Virus record (IMG/VR): IMGVR_UViG_3300025867_000005
From: a virus
Lineage: Duplodnaviria; Caudoviricetes
Reading direction: 5' to 3' (one strand)
DNA: 64,000 bases
Position 1 is the stretch's first letter. The number at the start of each line of letters is the position of its first letter. Both the position numbers and the translations under genes were made by a program. This document shows, one piece after another, positions 1-9,773 of the stretch. Under the pieces are notes generated by a model that ran no database searches, was not told the DNA's origin, and saw only the letters and a program-made list of their open reading frames with translations.

Positions 1-73
1 GAGAAACGTTGGAAAATGTTAAGATCAATGTCAAACAGCTAAATGAAATCTTAGGGAAACAGGAGTAGAAATT

Positions 74-499
74 ATGGAATCTGAAAGTATATTGAAAAGC
101 ATGGTGTGTTGCGATGTCTTTAAAGTATTGAAGCTTTGCGAAACTGCCATTGAAGAAATCCGAGAAGAAAGGACAAGACTAGAAGAAGTTTTGATCCAGA
201 ACTTTAAGAACTGTCACAACGCGAAAGCCGACGCAAGGAATAATTCTTTTCTCGGAAGGTTTTACCCGATAGAGAAACTAGAAACAAGAGAAGATGCTGT
301 TTCTGAAATGGATAGACTCTATGAAAAAACCTATAACCATCAATGGCATTACGGAAACCCTAGATATTGCCATACAAGTTCCTACCGTTGGGAAGAATAT
401 GCAGAAATCATGAAAATCTTAACTTCTTGCAAAGTGAGCTGTGATGATAAAATTTACCTGTCGCAAGAAGGTGTTGATTTAATCAGTCGGAATTATTAA
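74..499 (+). CDS. hypothetical phage protein (paralogue of 60679..61110)
   Basis: ORF with AGGAG SD; shares LCE-A...N-S---RF pattern with 60679..61110. Confidence 0.75.
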   Translation: MESESILKSMVCCDVFKVLKLCETAIEEIREERTRLEEVLIQNFKNCHNAKADARNNSFLGRFYPIEKLETREDAVSEMDRLYEKTYNHQWHYGNPRYCHTSSYRWEEYAEIMKILTSCKVSCDDKIYLSQEGVDLISRNY

Positions 500-501
500 C
501 C

Positions 502-750
502 ATGAAAACGAATTCTGTTTTGAAGAATTACAGGCTTGAATGGCAAGACCGGAATGGTGAATGGAAAACGCAGATTCAAAATGAAGATATCCTATTTTTC
601 AATTCTGCTGTCCGGAGTCTGGTCTTAACGTCAAAACGGGAAGGTGACTGGATGCAATGGTCGAAATGGAGAATTGCGGAATACGAACTCCGCGAAGTTT
701 CAACAACCGAATTCATCTATGGACAGACGCCAGTTATTGATTTTCTTTAA
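502..750 (+). CDS. hypothetical protein
   Basis: tightly packed ORF after 74..499. Confidence 0.65.
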   Translation: MKTNSVLKNYRLEWQDRNGEWKTQIQNEDILFFNSAVRSLVLTSKREGDWMQWSKWRIAEYELREVSTTEFIYGQTPVIDFL

Positions 751-1223
751 TTCATAACAGTGATGACATCGGCTTCGACATCACCAGGACGCCTACCATC
801 GATGTCTACAACAGCCTTGCCGAACGGCTTTACAAGTTTAAGCTTGTCATGATTCCTCATCGTAGGATGGGCTTCTACAAGATCTAGGATCGCATCTGTG
901 ACCTTATCAGGGTTTACGTCACGTAGATCTTTTCTATACTGAGAATGACTAGTCCAGTCGATATCCACTTCCCTATTTCCTACTTGGTATTCGTCTCCCA
1001 ATTCATCTTGAGGATACAGGATTGCGCTATCTTTCAGGTCGATATCATCCCTCGGGTCTTTCGTCTTGTCGTAGGTTCTTACTTTTTCAATCATTTCCTG
1101 TCTTTTTACAGGATTGGAAACCTTTCTTTCTATTCTTCTGATAACATCTTCAACCCTGGCATTGATGATGTCAGATGCCATTCTGCTGATTTTAGATTCT
1201 TCTAAAGTTTTGTTCCTGCGCAT
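747..1223 (-). CDS. hypothetical protein, C-terminal part resembles DUF4258/RelE-like fold
   Basis: GGAG SD; WTSHSQYRKDLRDV...VITV pattern; lone - strand gene in a + strand early block. Confidence 0.6.
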   Translation of the reverse strand: MRRNKTLEESKISRMASDIINARVEDVIRRIERKVSNPVKRQEMIEKVRTYDKTKDPRDDIDLKDSAILYPQDELGDEYQVGNREVDIDWTSHSQYRKDLRDVNPDKVTDAILDLVEAHPTMRNHDKLKLVKPFGKAVVDIDGRRPGDVEADVITVMN

Positions 1224-1289
1224 TTCTGTAAATCTCCAATAGGTGTCCTGAATATCTTGACGGTATCGAAAAAATTACAGAGGACTTGC

Positions 1290-1318
1290 TTGACAAAATC
1301 GCACGTATTTGGTAATGT
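1290..1318 (+). promoter_or_regulatory. sigma70-like early promoter
   Basis: TTGACA-17-TAATGT with TG extension. Confidence 0.8.
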
Positions 1319-1348
1319 ATTGATATCAAAAGAAAGGGAAGGTGGAAT

Positions 1349-1591
1349 ATGGTACTTCATCAGCATCTGAGCGAAGACAAGAAATCAGTGGAATTCGGCA
1401 GGTGGAGCGGAAGCTGTGGAAATGAATACTGGGAAGTTTACTTTCGGGTTCCAGTCATTATCGCTTCCAGCCATCCTGCGTCCGAACCTTCCAGCGTCTT
1501 TGTTGATAACGGTCAACTCGGCGGCGGTAATTGCATCGGGGAAGTCCGGAAGAATGTTTTTTATCCCCTGTGTGACATTCTTAAGGATTAA
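1349..1591 (+). CDS. hypothetical protein
   Basis: ORF after promoter and purine-rich SD. Confidence 0.7.
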   Translation: MVLHQHLSEDKKSVEFGRWSGSCGNEYWEVYFRVPVIIASSHPASEPSSVFVDNGQLGGGNCIGEVRKNVFYPLCDILKD

Positions 1592-1596
1592 GAACC

Positions 1597-1791
1597 ATGA
1601 AAAATACTGAATTCCCTTTTCGTCACGGTGAATTTTGGATTGATATCACCTCTAGCGGACATGATCGGGTGAACTGCAATTGCGGTGCCTGTTTGGTTCG
1701 CCAACCCTATATGAACGGTTTGACATGGAATAAAGCCGTTATTGAATTTGAACTGCAACATCTCGAAATGGTAAAGGATGAAATCAAATGA
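1597..1791 (+). CDS. hypothetical protein (CxCG)
   Basis: ORF, ATGA overlap with next gene. Confidence 0.65.
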   Translation: MKNTEFPFRHGEFWIDITSSGHDRVNCNCGACLVRQPYMNGLTWNKAVIEFELQHLEMVKDEIK

Positions 1792-2507
1792 ATTTTCTTT
1801 TTTCTGAAGAGAATGATGTCTGGGTAGGAAAGTTTAAAAAGGGTCTTGATTCCGGCTGGTGTGCTATCCCTCTTCATTTGGAAGTCAAAGCACCGAAAAC
1901 CGCATTTGTCTACGGTGTAGGAAATGTCCATATCAAGAACGTGGAAATCCTTCGCTTTAAGGAGTTCAACTATTCTTTCCTTCGTGAAGTCTATGAAAAA
2001 TACGGTTTCGGGGTATTGGCGGTGATGCTTGGAGTCCGGTTTGAAGACATGGCAAGCCGTCAGGCATGGTATTTCCTTCGAGACATTATTTTTGAAGGGA
2101 CTCCCAAGATATTTGACAGATTTCAGCGGGTATTTGATGCAACGATGGCTTTCCAGAAGACACTCAAAGACAAATACGGGTTTGATCAGGCAATTAAGCC
2201 GTATGACAATCGTTGCTATTGTTACGGAGAAATCCCGTTCTTCTACAGTATCCTTCCGATCCATTACATGGGGCACATGGTTGACAGTTTCCCTATCAAG
2301 GCATTTCCTATTTTGGATGTTATCAAATATGAACGTGTTCTCAAATCCTTCATCTGTGCCGCTGTGCTTTCAAAAGTGATTGGACTTCCTGAAGGGGCAG
2401 AAATCAAACCAGACATGTCTGTCAGTCTTCCCGATATGTCTTGCAAGGATATGATTGACCTTATTTTCGGTGCAGGCAATGGTGAGATGATCGAAAAAAC
2501 GTTTTGA
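1788..2507 (+). CDS. hypothetical protein
   Basis: 239-aa ORF, coupled start. Confidence 0.75.
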   Translation: MNFLFSEENDVWVGKFKKGLDSGWCAIPLHLEVKAPKTAFVYGVGNVHIKNVEILRFKEFNYSFLREVYEKYGFGVLAVMLGVRFEDMASRQAWYFLRDIIFEGTPKIFDRFQRVFDATMAFQKTLKDKYGFDQAIKPYDNRCYCYGEIPFFYSILPIHYMGHMVDSFPIKAFPILDVIKYERVLKSFICAAVLSKVIGLPEGAEIKPDMSVSLPDMSCKDMIDLIFGAGNGEMIEKTF

Positions 2508-2512
2508 CAGAC

Positions 2513-2541
2513 TTGACATCATAACATTGTTTTGCTATTGT
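2513..2541 (+). promoter_or_regulatory. sigma70-like early promoter
   Basis: TTGACA-17-TATTGT, TG extension. Confidence 0.8.
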
Positions 2542-2575
2542 ATCGGACATCGGAACCAAAAGAAAGGCTGATGTT

Positions 2576-3187
2576 ATGGAATACAGAATTTGCGATTGGG
2601 AAGACAACGGATATAACGACAGTTATTTCTATGTCGGAATTTGGGATACAGAGAAGCACGAAATCCGTAGCGTGATGTATGGTTCAACGGCTTTCGGAGG
2701 AGGAACCCCTCTTAACACTTGGCCGATGTTGAAGGACGCAGATCCGGCAATCAAACAAGAATTCAAGGAATGGTATGTAAAGACCGTCTCCAAACAGTGT
2801 TTTGATGCCAATGACGCCAATCGTAATGAACCAAAATCTATCGGGCTTAGAGAAGATGTTATCATTATCCGTGACGTTAAGAAGATGAAGCCCGATAAGA
2901 AGACGATTCCTTCCGGAACCCGCGGTCGTGTGTTTTGGATTGCTAGTTACGGAAAGTTTTATGCCAAGGGATACAACAAACCTAACAGGAACAATACGAG
3001 CATCGGTATCGAGACCAATGACGGAGAACGTCTTTTCATCCCTCTTAATAGCGTAAGTCTTGACAAAGAAATTGAACCTATTGAAGAGATTGAAAACAGA
3101 ATCAAAATGACGGTTGAACAGAAAATTGCGACTGTCGGACCTCTGACGGGATGCCGGTCTTGGTTGTCTGGCGAATATTGGAACTAA
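2576..3187 (+). CDS. hypothetical phage protein
   Basis: 203-aa ORF after promoter and GAAAGG SD. Confidence 0.8.
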   Translation: MEYRICDWEDNGYNDSYFYVGIWDTEKHEIRSVMYGSTAFGGGTPLNTWPMLKDADPAIKQEFKEWYVKTVSKQCFDANDANRNEPKSIGLREDVIIIRDVKKMKPDKKTIPSGTRGRVFWIASYGKFYAKGYNKPNRNNTSIGIETNDGERLFIPLNSVSLDKEIEPIEEIENRIKMTVEQKIATVGPLTGCRSWLSGEYWN

Positions 3188-3195
3188 GGAGAAAA

Positions 3196-3366
3196 ATGAA
3201 TAAAGAAGAAATCTTGTTTAAGACAGTTAAGGCGCTTACGATTTACGGATGGCAGGTTAAAGAAACTGAAGAAGGGTGGCTTTGGACTTCCGCGACAGAC
3301 GAAAAGATTCTCTGTCAAGACTGTATCGAAGACATCCCTGTTTTCCCTGAAGGATTTGAACCTTAA
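3196..3366 (+). CDS. hypothetical protein
   Basis: AAGGAG SD before ATG 3196. Confidence 0.65.
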   Translation: MNKEEILFKTVKALTIYGWQVKETEEGWLWTSATDEKILCQDCIEDIPVFPEGFEP

Positions 3367-3376
3367 GGAGACAAGA

Positions 3377-3886
3377 ATGAACGAATTTTCTATCAGGTGT
3401 GTAAAAGAAGGAAAAGAATTCCTAATCTATTCGGATACAGAGACCGGAACTAAAATAGGTTTGGAATATCTTAAGGACATTTGCAAATCTGATGATTTTA
3501 CGCACGGCAATGCGGAACTTTTCCCGTGTAACGGCAGCAGTGAACGGTGGGGTATCCGTTGCATTCCAAAACGTTAGGATGATCTAGACTGGACACGAAT
3601 AATGACAATGCTTTCACGCGGTTTAAAACCATACGGAAATATCAAAGACGGAAAACAAATCCGTATTATTAGCCATATCCGTAAAGATAAGATTGAAATT
3701 TCAGAAGAGGAATACGACGAATATGTCTGTGATGTTTACGTAGACCTCTTCGGTGATTTTTATATGCCTAGTTTTTGTTTGGATAGAGGGATTGAATGCC
3801 GCCTATCCTGTCTTTCAGAAGATGGATATCGGCGCTCCTACGATTATCGACGAATTGTAAATTATGAACGGATTTGGAAAGAATGA
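3377..3886 (+). CDS. hypothetical protein(s): 3377..3577 and 3602..3886 are in frame, separated by one TAG (3575-3577)
   Basis: AAGGAG SD before 3377; weak SD before 3602; frame continues DDLDWTRI. Confidence 0.55.
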
Positions 3887-4161
3887 AAGATCGAAACGTT
3901 AGACGGAAACAGAAACGCAAGTTCTTCAAGAAGGCTTTGAAGATTATCAGGGATTCTTGGGTAGGTGATTATGCCACTTCCGAAGAAATGGAACAATTTG
4001 CACACAGGATTGAGAAGAACCGGAAATCGTGCAGTTGTCAAAAGTGCAGGAATCCTAGATACAGCAACGGCTATAAGGGTGACGGAAAATTGACAAAGCA
4101 GGAACTTCTCGAAAACCTGAGGGAGAAAGAAGAAGATGGAAAACACGGAAACCTGGATTAG
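3883..4161 (+). CDS. basic phage protein with CSCxxCxNPR motif
   Basis: KSCSCQKCRNPR; ATGA overlap. Confidence 0.75.
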   Translation: MKDRNVRRKQKRKFFKKALKIIRDSWVGDYATSEEMEQFAHRIEKNRKSCSCQKCRNPRYSNGYKGDGKLTKQELLENLREKEEDGKHGNLD

Positions 4162-4549
4162 CATTGAAGACTGTCAACATGGCGGCGTTTATGAAGTCGA
4201 TGCCAGGAATTTTAGCCTTGCCGCCTATAACTCAGAAATCAAGTCGTTTATCGGTATTAGATATAAATTCGGTTCTACTTTTCTAGACGAAGAAGAACAT
4301 TGGGATATGGGGGCTCCGCACGGAACCGTAAAGCCTATCCGATTCATTCAGATGCTTCCTGAAGGTATTCCCCCTGTTGAAATCATTAAGAAAGTAGATT
4401 CTAGAACCGGTGAAGGAATCCACTATATTGAAGGAGAAGAAACAATCGGCCTGTATGTTGATAAGAATGGGGAAATTGTTGATTTCAAATATGTTCGACA
4501 CGTTACCAATACCGCACTTTTTGAATTCTTGAAAAACTTTAAGCCCTGA
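4136..4549 (+). CDS. hypothetical phage protein
   Basis: 137-aa ORF. Confidence 0.75.
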   Translation: MENTETWISIEDCQHGGVYEVDARNFSLAAYNSEIKSFIGIRYKFGSTFLDEEEHWDMGAPHGTVKPIRFIQMLPEGIPPVEIIKKVDSRTGEGIHYIEGEETIGLYVDKNGEIVDFKYVRHVTNTALFEFLKNFKP

Positions 4550-4550
4550 C

Positions 4551-4579
4551 TTGACAGGCTAGTTTTGTTATGGTAATGT
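4551..4579 (+). promoter_or_regulatory. sigma70-like early promoter
   Basis: TTGACA-17-TAATGT, TG extension. Confidence 0.8.
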
Positions 4580-4602
4580 ATTGTCATTGAAAGGAACAAA
4601 CC

Positions 4603-4923
4603 ATGCACCATTCTTGTAATACGCTTGCCGCTGTCTATCATCTGAATAAGAAGGAATTCAAGGATTTCGCTTTGAAGAATATCAACAAGTATCATCTTGA
4701 CGTTGTTGACATGGATGCCGATGTTAAAGACATTTTCGTTTCTACATGGTTTGTCGATGACATTATCGAAGACTTTAAGAAGGTCTGTGAAGAATATCTG
4801 TTCGTCTTTGAAACTTCTAGCGGTAGGCATGAAGCCCATTTTTACGCTAGCAATAATGCTTCTGCAAAAGTTTCGGCAGAAATTTTCGCAAATGAAAACG
4901 GTTATACCTTTGTTGGACAATAA
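4603..4923 (+). CDS. hypothetical protein
   Basis: GAAAGGA SD. Confidence 0.75.
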   Translation: MHHSCNTLAAVYHLNKKEFKDFALKNINKYHLDVVDMDADVKDIFVSTWFVDDIIEDFKKVCEEYLFVFETSSGRHEAHFYASNNASAKVSAEIFANENGYTFVGQ

Positions 4924-4938
4924 CCATTTAGGAGAAAC

Positions 4939-5349
4939 ATGGAGAACAAGCCATTAAGTGTTGAAACTGCAAACCGTATCTTTGACATTCTTGTGTCGGA
5001 ATGTGGTGCATCTGAAACTATGCGGGATGATTTTATCTCCACAGAGACAACGGAAATCTGTAGTGAGTTCAGGTTCTGTGGAAATCTTGGTTTCGGAGGA
5101 AAGTTCTGGAACACCAATGGCAAACTGTATGTCAATTGCTACCCTGAGGACGAGACCCCTGAACGGGCTTGTATTATCGGCATTGCTAACGCAAAGCTTG
5201 CCCGGTTGCTGAAAGGGACAAAAATCACGTTGCAGATGCCTGTAGAAGCGGCAGAAAAGATTTTGAAGGGATGGCGGGAACGAGATCCAGTCCTTTTGGA
5301 TATGTTGAAGGAATTCGGAGTAAAGGAGATTACAGGGCATGAAGGTTGA
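4939..5349 (+). CDS. hypothetical phage protein
   Basis: AGGAG SD; EFRFCGNLGFGGKFW. Confidence 0.75.
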   Translation: MENKPLSVETANRIFDILVSECGASETMRDDFISTETTEICSEFRFCGNLGFGGKFWNTNGKLYVNCYPEDETPERACIIGIANAKLARLLKGTKITLQMPVEAAEKILKGWRERDPVLLDMLKEFGVKEITGHEG

Positions 5350-5479
5350 TTATGTCGCATTTTTGGGAATTTCTTGGTAGAAGCATGTCTTTCGGAATGT
5401 CGGAAGGAACTGTTACAGGATTCCGAGAATATGGCGCGATTTGTGTAACAGGAATATAGTCAATGTGTTATATTTTTAA
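5339..5479 (+). pseudogene. 46-codon ORF interrupted by in-frame TAG (5378-5380)
   Basis: AAGGAG SD; MKVDYVAFLGISW*KHVFRNVGR...YF; fills the gap up to the next promoter. Confidence 0.4.
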
Positions 5480-5489
5480 CCTTGGACTA

Positions 5490-5518
5490 TTGACAAATCG
5501 AATCTGATATGTTATCTT
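5490..5518 (+). promoter_or_regulatory. sigma70-like early promoter
   Basis: TTGACA-17-TATCTT, TG extension. Confidence 0.75.
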
Positions 5519-5552
5519 TGTCTTGTTCTTAAACCGAATAAGGAAAACAGAC

Positions 5553-5834
5553 ATGGACTTAAAAACCGCTTTCAATCACTTCAGACAGATCCTCGAAAAG
5601 ACAGCCGATATCAGCATTCCCAAAGGAATCGGAGGAATGTGGACCCCGGATGCTAAAGAAACTAACGGGGACTTGATTCGGTTTACTTATGCCGGAGGTT
5701 ATGAACAACATATCTTTTCCAACAAGTTCAATTTTGCGATTATAAACACAGAAGGCATGGACGGTGAAGTCATTACCCTTCATGGCAAAGAAGAAGATGT
5801 TGAAGCCTGCTTAGAATTCTATGGAGTGGAATGA
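5553..5834 (+). CDS. hypothetical protein
   Basis: AAGGA SD before ATG 5553. Confidence 0.7.
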   Translation: MDLKTAFNHFRQILEKTADISIPKGIGGMWTPDAKETNGDLIRFTYAGGYEQHIFSNKFNFAIINTEGMDGEVITLHGKEEDVEACLEFYGVE

Positions 5835-6304
5835 AGATACTTTTTCTAGACATTGATGACGTGCTTAACCATTACGGGTGTGAAGACAAAATCAAACATG
5901 CGGACGGAAGTCCCTACTATGCCCCCGGAACGGACAAAGCCTATCGCGGGATAGATGATAACCGTTTGGAATTTCTCAAAGAAATCCTTTACAAAACAGG
6001 GTGCAAAATCGTCGTCTGTTCCTCTTGGCGGGATGATCCTGTTTGTATGGATTATCTAAAGAAACGTCTTGGTAAAGACGCAGATCGTATTATAGGAAGT
6101 ACAGTCATTTCACAAGGCAAACTTTCTAGAGCTGATGAAATTAGAGATTGGCTTTCTAAAAATACTGATGTCGAAAAATTTGTTGTTCTTGATGACAGCG
6201 AGTGGAATGATTTGGAAGGTTTCGGAGACCGTTGGGTTAAACCTGAGACCTTTAAAGGTATGGATGAAACGCATATGGATGCGGTAATAAAGAAACTCTC
6301 TTAA
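5831..6304 (+). CDS. HAD-family phosphatase (RNA-repair 'Swiss army knife' type)
   Basis: ILFLDIDDVL, IVVCSSWR, R-DEI--WL, FVVLDD motifs. Confidence 0.85.
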   Translation: MKILFLDIDDVLNHYGCEDKIKHADGSPYYAPGTDKAYRGIDDNRLEFLKEILYKTGCKIVVCSSWRDDPVCMDYLKKRLGKDADRIIGSTVISQGKLSRADEIRDWLSKNTDVEKFVVLDDSEWNDLEGFGDRWVKPETFKGMDETHMDAVIKKLS

Positions 6305-6310
6305 ACCCCA

Positions 6311-6338
6311 TTGACAGTAGAACATTTTTTAGTATCTT
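6311..6338 (+). promoter_or_regulatory. sigma70-like early promoter
   Basis: TTGACA-16-TATCTT. Confidence 0.65.
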
Positions 6339-6375
6339 ATTGTCATGGAAACAAAAACGGTGAAAGGAACAAATT

Positions 6376-7185
6376 GTGAAAAATGATGCTTTTGGGGATA
6401 GGATGAAGGCTTATGAAGCCGCGACAGAAATCAATCTGATGCCGGGCCTTCCGGTTGTGGCAAGAATTGACGGAAGAAGCTTCCACACCTTCACACGGGG
6501 TATGAAAAGACCTTATGATGAAGGCATGTCAAACATGATGATAGATACCGCAAGGCGTCTTGCGATTGAAACGAATCCCGTCATTGCCTATACACAGAGT
6601 GATGAAATTACACTGATTTGGTACGCAGAGGGGAAATCACAGATTTGGTTTAACGGCAGGCACAGTAAGATGGTTTCTAACCTTGCCAGTCTCGCGACTC
6701 TGTATTTCTATCAGAGTTGTATGTGGCATAAACCCGACTATTGCACGAAGAACCCAAGCTTCGATTGTCGTGTATTCGGTGTCCCTACTAAGCAGGAAGC
6801 TTGCAACTGCCTGATCTGGAGAGAACAGGATGCGACGAAGAATGCCGTATCGATGTCGGCAAGGGCGTATTACAGCGACAAGGAATGTCACGGCAAAAAC
6901 GGAAGAGAAAAGCAGGAAATGCTTTTTCAGAAGGGTGTCAATTTCAACGATTATCCCCGTTTCTTCCGTAGAGGAACAATCCTTGTACCGGTTACAAAGA
7001 CGCACGGACGGGATGAATTGGATCTTTCTAAGCTGGGTCCGAAGCATCCTGCAAAGAACAATCCTAATTTCACCTTCGAACGGACGGAATGGGAATCTGT
7101 CGATTGGCCGGTTTTGACAAAGATCAGTAATCTCGTAGATATCATTTTTGACGGAGCGGTTCCGTGTACGAAAGCAAGCAAGTAA
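6376..7185 (+). CDS. thg1: tRNA(His) guanylyltransferase Thg1-like protein
   Basis: RMKAYE, RIDGRSFHTFT, YTQSDEI, FDCRVF, WREQDATKN motifs; GTG start with AAGGA SD. Confidence 0.93.
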   Translation: MKNDAFGDRMKAYEAATEINLMPGLPVVARIDGRSFHTFTRGMKRPYDEGMSNMMIDTARRLAIETNPVIAYTQSDEITLIWYAEGKSQIWFNGRHSKMVSNLASLATLYFYQSCMWHKPDYCTKNPSFDCRVFGVPTKQEACNCLIWREQDATKNAVSMSARAYYSDKECHGKNGREKQEMLFQKGVNFNDYPRFFRRGTILVPVTKTHGRDELDLSKLGPKHPAKNNPNFTFERTEWESVDWPVLTKISNLVDIIFDGAVPCTKASK

Positions 7186-7189
7186 GGGA

Positions 7190-8047
7190 ATGAATATGGA
7201 CAGATTTCAGCTTATGCAGACAGCGGACAATTTTTTGGCTAAATGTTTTCCAACTGTAGAAAAAACGGTTAGAAAACTCTGGTATAACCGTTTTCATTTT
7301 CAGGAACCACAAATGACGAAATGGGGTTTCAAAATGGCAGGAGAGAAGGAGATGATTGAGGCGAGGTATGAACCGCCCATTGAATCCTTCTTTGTCAAGT
7401 TGCTTCCACGCTTTGATATCTTTGTGAATATCGGGGCCAACATCGGATATTATTCTCTTTTGGCACGTCAACATGGAAAGAAAGTCATGGCTTTTGAACC
7501 CATGCCGGATAATCTAAAAATTTTCCTGCGGAATATCATGTCAAACACTGGCTTTGAAGACATCGAAGTCTTCCCGATTGCTTTGGCTGACAGGATCGGT
7601 GTGGTTGAAATTTTCGGCGGTGGAACCGGGGCCAGTCTTACTTCAGGATGGGCAGGTGTTAAGGATTACATGCGATCTTATGTCCCTGTTTCTACACTTG
7701 ATGGGACCATTGGGAACCGTCTAGGTGGGAAGAAGGCATTGATCATGGCAGATATGGAGGGGGCGGAATACAAGATGCTGTTAAAGGCAGAGAAGGCTTT
7801 AATCGCTAAGCCATACTGGATTATTGAAATCTCTGAATTGACGAAGCAAAACAGTGGAGAAAGGAACCCTAACACGAATAACATATTGCGTCTGTTTTGG
7901 GAAAAGGGATATCGAAGCTATGACATTGAAAAGGCTGTTGAAATTACACCTGACAATTTGGGCAAGCCATTCCCTCAGATGAATTCTTATCTCGGTAGCG
8001 GCAGCAACTTTTTCTTTTTCGACAAAGATGAGGAAATTCCTTCATGA
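7190..8047 (+). CDS. FkbM-family SAM-dependent methyltransferase
   Basis: FVNIGANIGYYS, AFEP, DMEGAE motifs. Confidence 0.88.
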   Translation: MNMDRFQLMQTADNFLAKCFPTVEKTVRKLWYNRFHFQEPQMTKWGFKMAGEKEMIEARYEPPIESFFVKLLPRFDIFVNIGANIGYYSLLARQHGKKVMAFEPMPDNLKIFLRNIMSNTGFEDIEVFPIALADRIGVVEIFGGGTGASLTSGWAGVKDYMRSYVPVSTLDGTIGNRLGGKKALIMADMEGAEYKMLLKAEKALIAKPYWIIEISELTKQNSGERNPNTNNILRLFWEKGYRSYDIEKAVEITPDNLGKPFPQMNSYLGSGSNFFFFDKDEEIPS

Positions 8048-8397
8048 AAACTGATTATGATTACCTTCGTCCGACAGACAGACGGAAGAAGATGGATTTA
8101 GAACTTGTTTTTGCTGTGTTGCGGGAAACACAAGGATCATTTTACAATGTAATGTTCAATCCTTTTGAAGCCGGAACTCTAAGGCATGAACGCTTTGAAC
8201 GTCATTATAAAAGGGAACAGACGAAATGGGTTGACATGGAAGCCCGCTTTGCAGATCTTGCGGAAGTCTACGGAGAATTCCGTCCAGATAGGCTTGGAAT
8301 GATTCCTAAAAGATATCCATTCAATCTTCTTCCAGAAAACAAACAGAAGGAAGCTATCAGCCGGCTCATTGCAGAATCAGGAGTTTTAGAAGAATGA
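8044..8397 (+). CDS. hypothetical protein
   Basis: coupled ORF. Confidence 0.75.
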   Translation: MKTDYDYLRPTDRRKKMDLELVFAVLRETQGSFYNVMFNPFEAGTLRHERFERHYKREQTKWVDMEARFADLAEVYGEFRPDRLGMIPKRYPFNLLPENKQKEAISRLIAESGVLEE

Positions 8398-8951
8398 AAA
8401 CAAGCGACACACCAAGATATTACTTCGGTTACGAAAATTCTCTTTTTATCGGACAGGACGGTGAAAATGATATATACCTGTGGTTTCAGTGGCACGACGG
8501 AAGGGGAGGAGATCTAGAGGGATATTATTCCAATCTCTTCCTCTTTGTGGACCGAGAAGTTTTTCGCGGTAGTCATTGTGAACAGCAGTTGTTGACTTAT
8601 GAATTTTTTCAAAACCCACAATCAGAAAAATTCATTGAAGTAATTGAATCTAGGGGTTGTGAAAGATACAAGAATGTGTTTTTCCTATCTCCGAAAAGGA
8701 TTAAAGAATTACTTTCGAAAAGCGGATACAAGAAGCTTCTAATCAAAGAAACACGTCAAAGGATTTGGGAAGACAGTGAAGTAATGATTGTTAAATCTGA
8801 GGACGAAGCAAAAGAAGAAGCTTCAAAAACAAGCTGTGTGGTAAGCATAGATTCGGTAGAAGAAATGGACTGGAATCTCTCCGATGTCTTTAAAATGCCC
8901 CATTTCACAAGTAAAAAGAGATTATCTGAATATTCAATTTATGGCTATTGA
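8394..8951 (+). CDS. hypothetical protein
   Basis: coupled ORF. Confidence 0.75.
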   Translation: MKTSDTPRYYFGYENSLFIGQDGENDIYLWFQWHDGRGGDLEGYYSNLFLFVDREVFRGSHCEQQLLTYEFFQNPQSEKFIEVIESRGCERYKNVFFLSPKRIKELLSKSGYKKLLIKETRQRIWEDSEVMIVKSEDEAKEEASKTSCVVSIDSVEEMDWNLSDVFKMPHFTSKKRLSEYSIYGY

Positions 8952-8976
8952 CAATACGGAAATCTTTTGGTAATGT
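8948..8976 (+). promoter_or_regulatory. sigma70-like early promoter
   Basis: TTGACA-17-TAATGT, TG extension. Confidence 0.8.
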
Positions 8977-9027
8977 ATCGGTATTGAAAGCAACCAAAGG
9001 GATTAACATCCTTGAAAGGAAACCGAT

Positions 9028-9459
9028 ATGAAAAAGATTCAGCCACGCATCATCGTCAGTCAAGAGTGGATCAGCTTGGTTTTGAACAAACGCCGTCTTA
9101 CCTGTAGCTATGGCGGTGTGAAGGCTGGTAGCGGTATCCCCAAGCACGTTTTTGACAAGTGGCACAAGGCCGTCATGTTATTTGACGAGGATACCATTAA
9201 GGAACTCGGAGTCGAGCCTGAAGGCGCAACAGTCCTTCCTATCGTGGAGGCTTTTGCCAAGAACATCGATACGATTTGGCCGGAGTGGAATCAAGAAATT
9301 ATTCTTCCCAAACCTGATGAAATTGTCAAGGTCTTCATGGGCAAGCGCCGTGGCAATGTTGATGCCAAGGTTATTTCTTCCAAGGGCAATTATGTCACTT
9401 GCATCTTCCTTGATGACCATGAAACGCACCATGTCCATTTCGACATGATTGTGAAGTAA
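9028..9459 (+). CDS. hypothetical protein (C-terminal SH3/KOW-like strand pattern)
   Basis: GAAAGGA SD. Confidence 0.75.
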   Translation: MKKIQPRIIVSQEWISLVLNKRRLTCSYGGVKAGSGIPKHVFDKWHKAVMLFDEDTIKELGVEPEGATVLPIVEAFAKNIDTIWPEWNQEIILPKPDEIVKVFMGKRRGNVDAKVISSKGNYVTCIFLDDHETHHVHFDMIVK

Positions 9460-9473
9460 ATTCCTTCACGGTA

Positions 9474-9502
9474 TTGACAAGTCCCATTAAAAGTGATAAT
9501 CT
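9474..9502 (+). promoter_or_regulatory. sigma70-like early promoter
   Basis: TTGACA-17-TAATCT, TG extension. Confidence 0.8.
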
Positions 9503-9529
9503 GTCTTCATTCGAAGAAAGGAATTTCTT

Positions 9530-9772
9530 ATGTACAAAGGTAAGATTGGTAATCAGAACAAGGTTCTTCGTGGCGATTCAGATGTCAATGCCGGAGATAC
9601 CTTTTATGTCGAAGGGGATAGCACCGGTCGATTCATGGCTCTCCGATACACGCCACTCCCGGAATCCAGCAAGGAGCCGGCTTATAAGAACTTCGTGGTT
9701 CTTCATGTTGGAATGGTTGCGAAGTGTATTCATGCCGCCGAAACCAATACCGTTATTCCTTGGGTGAAGTAA
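9530..9772 (+). CDS. hypothetical protein
   Basis: GAAAGGA SD. Confidence 0.7.
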   Translation: MYKGKIGNQNKVLRGDSDVNAGDTFYVEGDSTGRFMALRYTPLPESSKEPAYKNFVVLHVGMVAKCIHAAETNTVIPWVK

Positions 9773-9773
9773 A

